A DNA stretch of 62,977 nucleotides, filler included, from Lenisia limosa (lineage: Eukaryota > Protista > Breviatea): assembly GCA_001655205.1 (NCBI GenBank). It is 10 parts of 10 records of this genome, joined end to end, with 100 filler letters (N's around TTAATTAATTAA, not from the genome) between each part and the next. Parts side by side here need not be neighbours in the genome. Positions count along the whole stretch, not along the records: positions 10,713 to 19,573 come from LPNZ01004980.1; positions 19,674 to 33,278 come from LPNZ01010202.1; 8 more parts are not named here. One strand, given 5' to 3'. Each line of letters starts with the position of its first letter. Position 1 is the stretch's first letter. The position numbers and the translations under genes are program-made. Below are positions 13,901 through 25,376 of the stretch, piece by piece. The notes under the pieces were generated by a model. It ran no database searches. It was not told the DNA's origin and saw only the letters and a list, made by a program, of their open reading frames with translations.

Positions 13901-14763
13901 GAAGATCTGTCGCGGCGGCGGCTCTCCGCTTGACACTGCGGTAGCGTGGTTTATGAAGAGACGATGCACAGCACAGGTGGTCTTTCCCGTCCCGGACCTA
14001 GGCAAATCATTAGGGCCTCACTTAGGTTCAAAAAAGACTGAATTTATCGATAAATCCTCGAAAACTATCTATATTTTACAGGTATTTATTGAACTGAAGT
14101 GAAGCCCTAAATATTATACCTTATTTGTTACTTTTTATTGTTTTTTATCTTCAGACGCTAAAAACAACACCGCCCTTTTTTAGATGAGGCAAATCATCGT
14201 GGTAATGGTTTTTGTTCAGCCCTGATACTCCTTGAAAATATACACTGACCGGGATAAGTCTTTACCTATTTTCCTTGGGAAATCATATCAAATCGGTCAA
14301 GACTTATCACAGTCACTGTATATCACATACATGAGTGTATATATTACGTAAAATAAGGAGGGAAAAAGGGGACCTGCCAAGAAGAAGACACGCCTCATTG
14401 CCTTGAATGCAGACAACGTCAAATTCGGTTTGACTAACTCGGAAGGGCAAGTCTCGGGCATCTAGGGGGGGGGGGTAAATTGGACAATTTATGAAACAAA
14501 AAAGCCCAAATCGACTCTGTTGGCTATAACAACATAACAAACAAAGCCCAGGTCAGTCGCTTCTGCAGCACCGCATCCCATCACGTGAAGAAATACAAAA
14601 GCCCAAAATCAACTCTTGACTAGAATCAAGGACCCCTCCAGAAGCACCCATCCCACCAAGATTGGTCTTGGAGACGAGCGTTGCCGCAAGCCCGGCCGAG
14701 AGGGTGTAGAACTTGAGAAGAACCTGAGCGTCGCCAGCCGTTTCCGCGGGGGGATGGTACTCA
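10904..14763 (-). CDS. TRANK1/LBA1-like UvrD (SF1) helicase, multi-exon fragment
   Basis: Spliced exons give VLLKFYTLS...DLPFRVSQTEFDVV...LLLG|RSGTGKTTCAVHRL (Walker A), HFPLFL|TSREFVLMLDAALHEPFF, EIDINVFRQDFWP, LVLTEFNTFIRGS, RDVIYDLAMKY, MFDWLDVVHH and YVDEVQDLTEAEVLL...LFLTGDTCQTISSGIAFRFSDL (Walker B, motif III). Motif order matches TRANK1-family proteins. Confidence 0.85.
11160..11259. mobile_element. MITE family A; other near-full copies at 125-227, 2729-2827, 3629-3728, 14011-14109, 32453-32550, 48582-48676, 52170-52260, 58075-58180
   Basis: Same TIRs and core (ATATCGATAGTTTTCGAGGATTTATCGAGAAATTCAGTC). About 15 further fragments, e.g. ~4021, 6830, 12020, 13600, 19365, 30100, 39005, 39165, 41870, 46865, 48255, 56555, 57320, 60792, 61590. 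Confidence 0.85.
11573..11828 (-). mobile_element. Intron built mostly from alpha + beta modules, ending at the 3' splice site
   Basis: Alpha core followed by beta (GTTGCTCGTG...CAGATTATTCGGTTCGTGATTAGTGCCTTTACGCCAATATTCTT...CAG|). Other beta copies: 11070-11135(-), 13352-13412(-), 40165-40424(+, beta then alpha), 51045-51112(-), 54680-54832(-), 3316-3357(+). Confidence 0.75.
14243..14318. mobile_element. MITE family B (Tc1/mariner-like, ~76 bp, TA TSD); also 15948-16018, 38691-38767, 46037-46112 and half copies ~16045, 19510, 42745
   Basis: TA|CA(C/G)TGACCGGGATAAGTCTTGACC...GGTCAAGACTTATC(C/A)C(G/A)GTCACTG|TA. CAGTG termini with TA are typical of Tc1/mariner. Confidence 0.8.
14462..14620 (-). 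mobile_element. Intron module alpha (introner-like), ending at the 3' splice site
   Basis: CACGTGATGGGATGCGGTGCTGCAGAAGCGACTGACCTGGGCTTTGTTTG...AGCCAACAGAGTCGATTTGGGCTTTTTTGTTTCATAAATTGTCCAATTTACCCCCCCCCCTAG| then the exon. Other alpha copies: 3179-3300(+), 8161-8336(+), 8476-8592(+), 32172-32236(+), 49357-49440(-), 53409-53508(-), 54335-54392(-). Confidence 0.75.
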
Positions 14764-15835
14764 CTGTGAAGGAAATGTCAGGTTCATCCCTCTATGATGA
14801 TGTATTACATACATATCATAGTATATAGGAAATTGATATCTATATTATATGATATATATATATTAGTACTATTAAATATGTACATATTATGTTATATTAC
14901 ATCTGATATGATAAAGATGATCTGATGATGTAATATATGATATGCATAGTTCATGATAAGGACGATCTGATGATATGCTGATAAACACAAAATGATTCTA
15001 AAATCGCAAATGCCTGGGTATCCCGTTACCACATAAACTCAATTGAATATGATGATATGATCTGATGATCTAATGACGACTAATATTTGTATTCAAAATG
15101 GTAAATGCTAGGTTGTTCCGTTACCACATACAAGATGGAGTTTGAATTGGCCTCAGAATCTTCTGTCAGAGGAAAGTAAAGATTCGGGTTTCCTTCGACT
15201 GATCCTGTGGAGTAATTAATGAACTGTTTCTGTCACTCAATATAACACCAATTTCGTTTTGTGGAGATGAGTTTTTTTTTTGTAGCACCATGCAATTACT
15301 TTTCCGAGGAAACTGACAAAATGTTAAAATAAAGGGTCCGAAATGCCGATACATTCTGGTTCCTCCAAAATTCACAATTAATTCTCAATTAATGCATGGT
15401 ACTACATTTCACACGTACCGGCAATTTTGACCAGTGACTTCGCGGCTACGGAAGCGCTTCCCAAAGAATGCGCCTGAGCGTGAGCGCAAGGTTTAAAGAA
15501 AAACTTATTAACCTCGGCGCATTGACTTAGGGTTCCCATGTATTTAATAAGAATCCCCTCAATGCGATGTATCATATTGTACTGGAAGAAACTCATAGAA
15601 GGAAGTATTGCCAAAAAGTTGAATCTTTATTTCCCTTATCCATTCCAGAAAGAACATAATGTAGAAATAAGTATTATATCCAAGGGGGTTGCCCTCAACA
15701 AACCGTGACCATTTGGGAAAGCGCAATATCGAAAGAATCTGGTATTGAAAGGGCGTGAAGGCGTAATACGTCAGAATACCTTTGGCGTCATCATATTGCT
15801 TGGGTGCAAGACAATATATCATATTGAAAAAACGC

Positions 15836-15932
15836 TAGGGCTCCACTTCATTCAACTTACTACATTGTAATCTATATCAAAAGACGAGGATTTACAGAGA
15901 CTGCAGTCTACGTTGAATGAAGTGGAGCCCTA
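15836..15932. mobile_element. MITE family A2 (same termini, different interior)
   Basis: Perfect 21-bp TIR TAGGGCTCCACTTCATTCAAC / GTTGAATGAAGTGGAGCCCTA. Confidence 0.7.
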
Positions 15933-16942
15933 GAGTTTCTATACATACAGTGACCGGATAAGTCTTGACCTGTTTTCCTTAAATCACATAACAAATCCGT
16001 CAAGACTTTTCCTGGTCGTAGATATGAGAAATACACACCATATACAGTGACCGGGATAAGACTTGACCGATTTTCAGATATCATACATAGTATATTACAT
16101 TTGATATTCTTGATATTTCAGATTGATTGAAATAAAAAACGGATGGATTTATACAATATATGCGTTCAAATCTTAATTTTGTGTTTATTAAGATGAAAGA
16201 GAATAGAAGCACCCCATCACCTTTTCCCAAAGAAAATAACACCAAAACCTTCGCTTACAAGGCTTTATTGCGTTTTGAGAGCCTTAATGAAAAATCGATA
16301 GCAATACAGAAGACAACAGCAGCAATCAGCTTCTCACCTGCATTGTCAGGCAAATTACCATATCAATATTTTTTAGTTCCAAAAGAATATTAAATATCAA
16401 TACTTATCTTGGATTTATCAAATCACTCTTTTTGGAACCAAAATATCTAATAATATTATAACTACTATTATTTAAAAGAGAAACTATGATGAATTTAGAT
16501 TGAATATGTAGTAAAATGAGAATAATAAAGCTCACTTAGATAATAAAACTGACCTTAATGATAATTATAAAGCTCAACAAACAAGAACCCTCAGCCCACC
16601 AGAGTATATCGGTAGAACTAGAGGCTTCATTTTGGTTTCTTCTTCAAGAGGCACTTTCGTCTCCTCCTTGACAGTAAAAAATCTCCAATGAAATAATCTT
16701 CAAGTTATTGAAACCTACAAGTTATTAAAAAATCTCCAAATCCCCAATTATAAAACAATGAAAAACCAAAGTTATTAAACCACTGGTCAGTCATCAATGT
16801 AACACACGGTAGTACATATCATTTATCGATAATGTAGTATGTAACATAGCATATCAGATGTACGTATGTCATATGATATAGATATATTGGAATATTAAAA
16901 TAAGCTCGTATTTCATAAGAAACAAATCAGTCCTCTTCAAAC

Positions 16943-18003
16943 CTTGGAAACAACAAACTGGTTGAGATGGTCGCGTTTGAACTGCTCCGGTGAAATAACC
17001 TTCTCACGATCTCCAGCCACCAACTTCAGAAGAGAGTCTGAAATGACACTTCGAAGATCCAAGCTGAAACTCCTCCAGCTGTCAACAAAAGCCTTGGACA
17101 CAACAGCTTCCCATTCGCCTTGGTCAAACACCTCCATAAACTTCGGCGGCACAACAACCTGCTTAGCCTGGTACGTTTCACTCTTCTTGCTTTTCACCGT
17201 GTCGACAGCAGCTTTGTCCGTGAAGCCCTTGGCCTCCTTCTGCTCCTGCCACCCAGCCAGATACTCCTGAACACGGACTTTGACCCGTTGCGACAGGGCC
17301 ATGCTTGCGTATCGCCGCTCTCTTTGGTCTTCATTCTCACCAATTTTCTTCTTGGTCTTAACTTCCTTGATCTTCGGAGCTCCCGTGCCGGCTTTGTCAA
17401 TCTTCTCCTGTTCCTCAACTTCGCGTTGTTGCTTACGCTCGCGCCTCTTCTTCCTCTTCTCAGCCTCCTTCCGTGCCTTCTCAGCCCTAGCTTTTCGCGC
17501 TATGTCCTCCGCAGACTCCACAATCTCAACCGGCTCGGATACTGCCACCGGAGTGATCATGTCTTCGTCATCGCTGTCACTCGCCATGCTATCATCGCTC
17601 TGAAGACCGGGAAGGCTGGGGTGGTCAGAGTCACTCGCGGCCGCCTCAGGGTCACTGTCAGAAACAAGGCCCGGAGGCCCATCATCGGAGCTTGACTGGT
17701 CGGACTTCAGCGGTGGCATTCCGTCGGAGTCCAAATCGGAGTCATCGTCGACAAGAGGCGGATAAGAGCCATCTGACGACTCGTCTGCAAGCGATGGTGG
17801 ACCGGAACTATCTTCACTGTCGGATTCGAGCGGAGGAGGCTCACTGTCACTGTCTATCGGCTTGTCGGAGTTGGATTCTTCCTCGCTAACAAGGCCTGGA
17901 AGACTATCGTCGCTTCCATCGGATTGTGAGCCGAGAAGTGGAGGGGGGTCGCTGTCACTTTCAGAGAGGCTGACATCTGATGATAGGTCTAACTCTTCTA
18001 AAG
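16943..18003 (-). CDS. 1061-nt exon: acidic Ser/Asp/Pro repeats then Lys/Arg/Glu coiled coil; possibly the N-terminal part of the TRANK1-like gene
   Basis: Long stop-free frame that extends ORF 16937..17734 upstream to a CAG acceptor at 18004-18006 and ends at a GT donor (TCCAAG|gtttga). Same strand and scaffold as the helicase; the link between them is inferred. Confidence 0.65.
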
Positions 18004-18341
18004 CTGATTACAACAGGGGTTATCACGCTACTTTCTTATTATGATATTAAATAGCGGTAATCGGTGCCTGTGGGTTAACTACACCTTCACAAACCTTCTT
18101 TTTTCGGCATCTGGGAGCTTCCTTTCCCCCACCACCCGGACAGCATATTAGCCACACTAAAATCTAAACTGCCTAATTGCCTTAAACCTCTAAATGCTCA
18201 TTCCCTCGTGCATTTTTTTTTTCATTTGAAAGGAGCTCCGGTGGCGGAGTAGCCCAACTGATTTCTTCCCCTGACCTCCCCTCTCCAGCCCCTCTCAACC
18301 TCTTCTCTTCACCATTATTATATTCAGATTATAGAGGGAAA

Positions 18342-19357
18342 ATGGAGGAGAAAGAGAAGCAGTTTCGCTTTAAGTTCGAAACAGACGAGCTCCAACAAGC
18401 CGTCTCCATGTCCCTCTCTTCCGCCCACCCCCCAGCCCAACAGTCCTTCCTTAACAAAAGACCAAGCACATCGCCAACCAAACGCCCAGTTTCCAAGATA
18501 CAGCGCGATCGTGAAATCGGCGCTGACTTGTCAATTCGCCATCTTTCCTCCAGCCAAACGAACCACCTGTCATCGTCAATGATGAGCTCTCAGGCCCGGG
18601 CTGAAATGGACACGTTTAACTCCGCAAAGGTCAGTAGTAGTGTTCTTCATTTCACTGTTGGGTCATTTTTATACATGTGAACTATCATTTTCCATACCTC
18701 ATATCCATTGGTGTGATAATTGACCAAAATGTTATCTTCGTTCAATTCGACTTGAAAGTCGGTCGTATTATCATTTCCAAGTGGATGTCAACGTGCTGGC
18801 TTTACTGGAATGAGTAGCTTTTTTGTTGCGCGCAGAGGTATTATATGGAGCGAGAAAGACAATATCAACAAATTCCTTATATTAGTCTTGATATCTCTTA
18901 TAAACGTGATGCTGGGGACTGCTTCGGCCATATACTCCCTTATAATGGGGGCATTAGGGCTTTTGATCAAAAAAATACAGCAACCATAAAATAAAATCTA
19001 GGGACGCAAGAAAAGTATGTTGGAAATAAAACAAGGATGTATCTACTATCACCCTTATATTGAGCAATGAGAAATAAAACAAGGTTGTATCTGGCCGAAA
19101 CCGTCCCCAGCATCACGTTGATACGAGATATTGGATAATTTATCTAATCATTTGCCAAGAATATACAATGGAATGATAACCATCTTAAAAAAGGGAGTTT
19201 GAGGAATATGGCTCTGAAACCGCCCCAGGTTAGAGAACTGCGCAAAATGGTCTTCACGCTCGCGCATCGCCTTAAAGAGCTGGAGGGAACGGTTATGGAC
19301 TTCAGGTCGCACCACACTAAGGCCATTGAATTTCCAGGCGATGTTGGCGCCTCAGGT
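18342..19357 (+). CDS. Unknown multi-exon protein, 3' truncated
   Basis: ORF MEEKEKQFRFKFETDELQQAVSMSL...FNSAK|gtcag and a later exon ...PPQVRELRKMVFTLAHRLKELEG...DVGAS|gtggg. Confidence 0.45.
18891..19131. repeat. Inverted pair of module gamma (45-bp arms); other gamma copies 7404-7477, ~42385-42420, 51366-51386
   Basis: ATATCTC(T/G)TAT(A/C)AACGTGATGCTGGGGAC(TGC/GGT)TTCGGCCA(T/G)ATAC at 18891-18935 and, inverted, at 19087-19131. Confidence 0.75.
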
Positions 19358-21369
19358 GGGTGGGTTATTTCAGTCCTGGAAAAGACCAATAAATTATCAA
19401 ATTCATATATCGAGATATTCGGACCAAAGTGAAGTCCTAATTATATACTTCTAATCAATTGTTATGTGTTTTCCATTTCCATTATTTGATTCTATATCGA
19501 TCTTTAGTCAATCGTGTCCGGACTTATTTCACTCACTGTACATGTATAATAAATTTATATTTTATCATACTAANNNNNNNNNNNNNNNNNNNNNNNNNNN
19601 NNNNNNNNNNNNNNNNNTTAATTAATTAANNNNNNNNNNNNNNNNNNNNNNNNNNNNNNNNNNNNNNNNNNNNGATCAGGAATCTGGGGGGGGGGGCAGT
19701 CAAAAGACAATATTAAAAATTCACCCAATGGATACCCCCTGTACCTTGACAACTTTCTGTCTATAGCCCGCACAAAACCAAGCCCCTTCGATTCTAACAC
19801 CTGCGTTTATTAGAAGGAAAGTGGAAAGGGCTTGGTGATTGCTGTTCGTCCTTCCAAGCTTACCTTAAACGGCTCAGCCAAAAGAGGCAGCTTTTTCGAA
19901 TCAAGATCACCTGAAAAATCAGAGAATAGTACAGAGGTAAAAGTACTATGTTCTCTTTTCTTTCAATATTAAAGCAGCAGCTGTACAAATATAAACATAT
20001 CAAAGGTTAAGATTTGATGCAAATAGCCTCCCACCTTGGAACTGATCGCACACTGAGAGCGAAACAAACCGACAAAGCGTAATTCGGAAAATGTGCTCAG
20101 GTGGTACCTTGAGAGTATTATGGGGAAATGAGGCTTAATAGTGTGAAGTGTTTGGCCAAAGCCATGTCATCACGTTTTTATGAAACACTAAATGTATTAT
20201 AATGTTATTTTTACTATTATTTAGCCTTCACCCTCCCCCCACCTGACACCAAACTGATGAGGAGAGCTGAACCGAGCCGAAGCCAATGGCAAGAGGGACA
20301 ATGTTGTAAGTGGCTGACTAAGGGCTGTTAAAGAATCTTGTTGGACTCAACTTGAGGATTTGAGGATATTCACATGTCTGAAGATCCAAAATCAATACAT
20401 TTACATATTTTCATTTAAAATCACAGTCCAGGGCTATGAGCATACAGGGCAGTCTTGGGAGGTGGACGGGTGTAAGGAGGGCTTCACAGGTGTGTTGCTG
20501 GATAAGGGATGGTGCACGAAATAGGTGGATAACATAACATGTCGATGCTCGGCGGCTGACATAGCAGATCTAGATGCGTTACAAGAGGGATGTGGGAATA
20601 TCAACAAATATAAGGGCTTGTAGAGTCATGCAAAAGACTAAAACGAAGTCATGACATTAAGAAATCGATGTCTATCAATAATACCAGTAATTCATTTGAG
20701 AAAATTGCCCCCCCTCCCTCCCACGGTGGTATAGCGCTGGAATGCGGCTCCATTGGTATGATCTACACATGCAATCAAAAGGATCTAGAATTGAAGATAT
20801 TCGAAGGGATTCAAAAAAGAAGCTTCCTTTGAGTAAACAACAAAGAACACAAGGTAACATAAATCAGAACTTAATTTCAGACACATATTGAAATCAATAC
20901 TTTATTTGATACACTGTCTATTTCCTCAAACAAATGAATTGTACAGAGTCATGCAAAGATTCAAAGTTCTATAGAGACTGCTCTACTTTTCCACTTCATG
21001 TAATCACACCCCTGAGGCAGGGTTTCTTTTTTCCCTCCCCCTTTCGAATATTTCCTCGCAGACCTGTGGCTGGAATCTTGGGGGAACGATTGTTTGAAGT
21101 CCGTCAAAATAGGGCTTTGTTCTGAGGTTTCAAAGGGATTAAGCAGATGATAAACCAATTCAACATCAAATGCGGATATGGAAATATTTCACCATATTTT
21201 CAGAGCTGCCTTGTGAATAATATTGGAATTGCAATCCGATATGATCGTAATGTGACAGTCCAACAAAAAAAAAAGTGAGGCTTGATGTGTATTTGATAGG
21301 AAATTATCCTTTATCCTCGTACAGATCAGGCAGAATAGCAAGGTGAGGTTTCTTCCTGAGCTCAATGAC

Positions 21370-24300
21370 CAAGGATGGCAGTATGGATGATATTACCTGG
21401 AACCACATGGTTGAGCTTCCCTCTAAAGCGTCAGCCCTTGCCACGACATAAGACCGTTCCTTCATATGGAACACTATCACCCCCAGTGAAACAATGTGAA
21501 GATGTCATGAGTCATATTCAGAAAGATGATACAAGTTTAGTCCAAGTTTGATACCCTTGAAGGCTGAACCCTCCAACCAGTTACCCATCCTGGGTTATTC
21601 ACGATCAAGGGAGGAAGGGGGTGTTTCGCTGCAGCCGCCCGGAAGGCAACGTCCCGATAGGGGGCAATGGCTTTCTATAATAATGATATAATGGCTGATC
21701 AGATGGAATGGGCCAAACATAGGATTCATAAGTGACCAACAATTTGATTTGTACAATTTAGGACAAAAATCTTGTAATACTATGATTTGGTGATAGAGAC
21801 GAACTGCCTGGTATACGTCTTGATATACTGACAAAAAAGTTCTCCAACAAAGGACATGAATGCTACAATTAGTTATCCGATCATAATCCATCTCTCCGCC
21901 ACACCCAACCTCAATGCAGGCGATATAGTGGTCGACCTCGTCCACCATCGTCGTGTTGCCAAAGAACACAGAACATACGGGTTGTCTGTGTGATGAAATA
22001 ACCCATTTTTTGTAACAAGGTTATCAATTACAGAATATGATATACTATTGAAATCATAGGTGATATGATCAAGGTCAATACGACTCTTTCATTTCAACAA
22101 AGCCGTTCTTACCTAATATGGGTGCATGGGTTGTTCATAATCGCAGTTTTGACATGGTGCAATGAAATAAATCCTGGACACATCATAAAACATAAATATC
22201 AGTCATGTCTATATAGGTCTTTCCGGCCCTCCCTACCGCAGGGACCAAATTCAGGCTGGCCGACGTCCAAGTCCAAATAGAACACACCGGGTCCGAAGGT
22301 GTCCACAAAAGGCTCAGCGATCTGGAGGCTCTGGATCGTCAAGTTGGTGGGAAAAGGCTGTGGAGCAACGGAATATGGAAACAAAGATATAACAATTATG
22401 TTGCTCATGAGAACGCCAAAATATGTATTTTGATCATAAGTCTGTTAGGCCCCTGATGAAGAAAACTATGTGTAGCGCTGTGGTGCATATTCCATCTGTC
22501 ACTTCGTGAGATAATGATGAGTGATACTGTGGTAATGTGAATAAGGTAAAGGAAAATACACTGAAATGCACGTATCTCCTCCCACCTCATCAGGCGTATC
22601 TTCATCCGAAGACGAGGAGCAAACGTCGGAGTCAGATTCAATGGGCTCTGAGAGAACACCGGAGAGGGCAAAATTGGTCAGCAGGCGAGTGAGGGTGCTC
22701 TTACCCGAGCCTTTTGCTCCGACCACCATCGCTACCAAAGGTTTACGCTTGGACGCCGCCTGTAAAACGGCTTTGGCTGCACCCAGCCAGTTCTGAGGGG
22801 TTCATCAAACAAATAGGGAAAGCAATCAAAGTATCTTTGAAGACAGGGTCTAGATGCTGGATCAAGTTTGAGAAGGGGGTTTAATTAATGTCATGCAAAT
22901 TGAGGATTTACTATGTTGAAATGTGTGAATAAGGAGACCATGTAATATATGAATAACATCCAAATCTGAACTATTATTCCCACTTGTTATTACACCATTT
23001 ATAATAAACAGCCAAACCTTCACCAATCCATTATTACCTCAGAATAGGCTGTAGTGTATGGATAATTCTCTGAAATTGTGAGGAACATATCATAAATGAG
23101 GAACTTTCATTTGGTCACAATATTATTAAATCCTCTCGAAGTATTTATGAAGACTTCTTAGTACTTTATGTATAATACGCATAGTACATTAAATTCAGAC
23201 ACACCTCCCCCCTCAAACGGTCAAAAACTGAAACACCAGGACAGAGGTCCATGAGGGAAAAGTTGAACTTATTGAGCCAGAGGGACGACAAGGCTGGTGA
23301 AATGTGCTGATGAATTGGGATAATGAGTACAAATGACGATGAAGGCTCAGCAACAGGCGTGGTTTCTTGCTCAGTTTCGGATGTGGAGTGGTCGGGTTCA
23401 GAGTCGGATTCAGAGCTGGATGACGTGTCTTGTTCCTTTTTTTGGTCCTTGTCTTGAAGAGCGCAATCGGGTATCATGTTCTCTTTGGCTTGATCAAAAG
23501 TGTCAATGAGATCACTGGCTTCATCCTCAACTTCTTTGTCACTCTGTTTGTTTTCAACTTCTTTCTTCTCTTTTTCATTCTTTTCATCTTCTTTCTCTTC
23601 ATCATTGTCTTCTTCACATTCTTCTTTGTTCACTTCATTCCCCTCCTTTTTCTCACTTTCTTCTTCACTCAAGCTCTCATCTTCACTACTATCCTCACTC
23701 GAACTACTGTGGTCGCTGCAGTCATCTTCACTACTTTCTGACTCCATATCATCCTCTATCTCCTCCTCAACCTCAACCTCCTCAATCTCCTCTTCAATTA
23801 TTGTCTCCTCCGTTTTCAGAAGATCTGGCCTGTCCCAGAAGGACATTACCTGGTAGGAGAGCGTCAGAAAGTTATCAAAAGTATTGTAATATATCATCTT
23901 ACATACTATGACCCTCCCTCACTTTTTTGGCAGTTTTCACTAGATGAGGATCCAATTCCACCAGGGCCTCAGGGCCTTCCGGGGGAGGGACAGGTGATAC
24001 TCCCGGGGCTACAAGGTGACAGGTCCATCCAAGGGGTGTACAACTCAACTGGTATGATTCAGTGGTTGCATTAAAATTACCTGATTGATTTGTGTTACCA
24101 AAGAAGTACGGAGAACGTAAACCAAAAGGCCTCAATTCCTACCGATAGATGAAATGACAGAAGCAGGTGAGTTGTAAGCCACAATCACTGGGTACGCACA
24201 GTCGTTTTGTAAAGGAACCTACGCTCATTAGAGTAATTGTCTGATGGATTGCATGCGCCTACGTTGAAATTAGTTTTCAATACCAAATTTGGTAAAATAA

Positions 24301-24690
24301 GAACTGAAACTTTCCAAAAGAGCCCAAATAAACCAAAATTGACGTATTTCACCAAGAGTTAGTAATTATTTGATTTCGAGTGGGGGAAGGTTTCAATAGT
24401 TTTCACAATTATTTGAGTGCAACCACCACAAACCTGATTGATAATAGTCTGGCCTTCTAGTCCGACAATTTGGAACGCTCCTCTCACCACCATCGGCTGA
24501 AAAGTTACAACAAAATTGGAGTGGATTACTGTTTATGATGACCAAGGGTTGAATATCTTGGATTGTGAATTGAGAGACCAGTTTGTCAGACATTGCCTCC
24601 AACCTGGTTATTTGTCACTTTGACGACAACTGCGTCCGAGTCCGGGACCTTTAGGTGCTGCACAGTCACCCGCAAGTCGTTTGGGGTCGA
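21370..24690 (-). CDS. NOL9: Polynucleotide 5'-hydroxyl-kinase Nol9/Grc3 (Clp1 family), multi-exon
   Basis: VAMVVGAKGSGKSTLTRLLTN (P-loop), VFYLDLDVGQPEFGPCG, SVFFGNTTMVDEVDHYIACIE and PLIVNNPGWVTG appear in the canonical Nol9/Grc3 order. Gene ends are approximate. Confidence 0.85.
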
Positions 24691-25376
24691 GATCATCGTT
24701 GCCCTAGAGGATTAATGGATGTGTGCACTCAGGTGGATTGGTGGAAGTGCGTAAAGAAGGGTGCAGGATTAAGACCCGTAATAATATAGACCTGATATAT
24801 CAATAAGATCCGCACACATGTCCTCTTTTTAGCACGTAATGAGCATACCCTTTGAGGTGGTGATCAGATCTTGGTAATGATGACACACGGCAAGTTCGTT
24901 CCTTTCAGAATTCTGACTGATTATTACTTAAGTGTAAGGCCGTTAAATTTTTTGAGGAGAGCTTGGGAGGGTGGGAGGGAAACAGGAAAAAAGGAAAGGA
25001 AAAAACTTGCTAAATAGTTAAATCTACCAAATATTTACTAAATATTGGAATAGAGTTATCTCAGGATCTAGATAACAAACTGTCCACATTGTCTTCTACT
25101 GAGATCTGAAGAGGAAAGCTGGGCATAGGAAATAGTAGTGGTTTATCTGCATCAGATTACAATGTTACAATTCATATTACTTGATCTAAGCTTGGATATA
25201 AAAAATATTTCAAAGCAATGAGAAAAGCAATGAGTAGGTATTAGTAGCAACGCTCATCAGTAATCCATAAATTAGTATACATTGTGAAAGCCAAAAAAAA
25301 AAGATACAATCTAGAAAACACAGGAAGAACCGCTTAAAGTATGGTGATAAAAATGGGAAGGCTTGCGGATAATCAG

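Noticed and set aside
14462-14620. Alpha/beta as Helitrons because of CTAG/CCAG ends
   Set aside because: No subterminal GC hairpin or 5' TC is evident; kept only as an unproven possibility.
17120-17695. Plus-strand ORFs at 17120-17695, 23430-23856 and 34929-36540
   Set aside because: Antisense shadows of low-complexity or GC-rich minus-strand frames.
18915-18940. Module gamma resembling the U6 snRNA 5' end (GCTTCGGC...CATATACT)
   Set aside because: The match is short and there is no ACAGAGA box or other U6 core.
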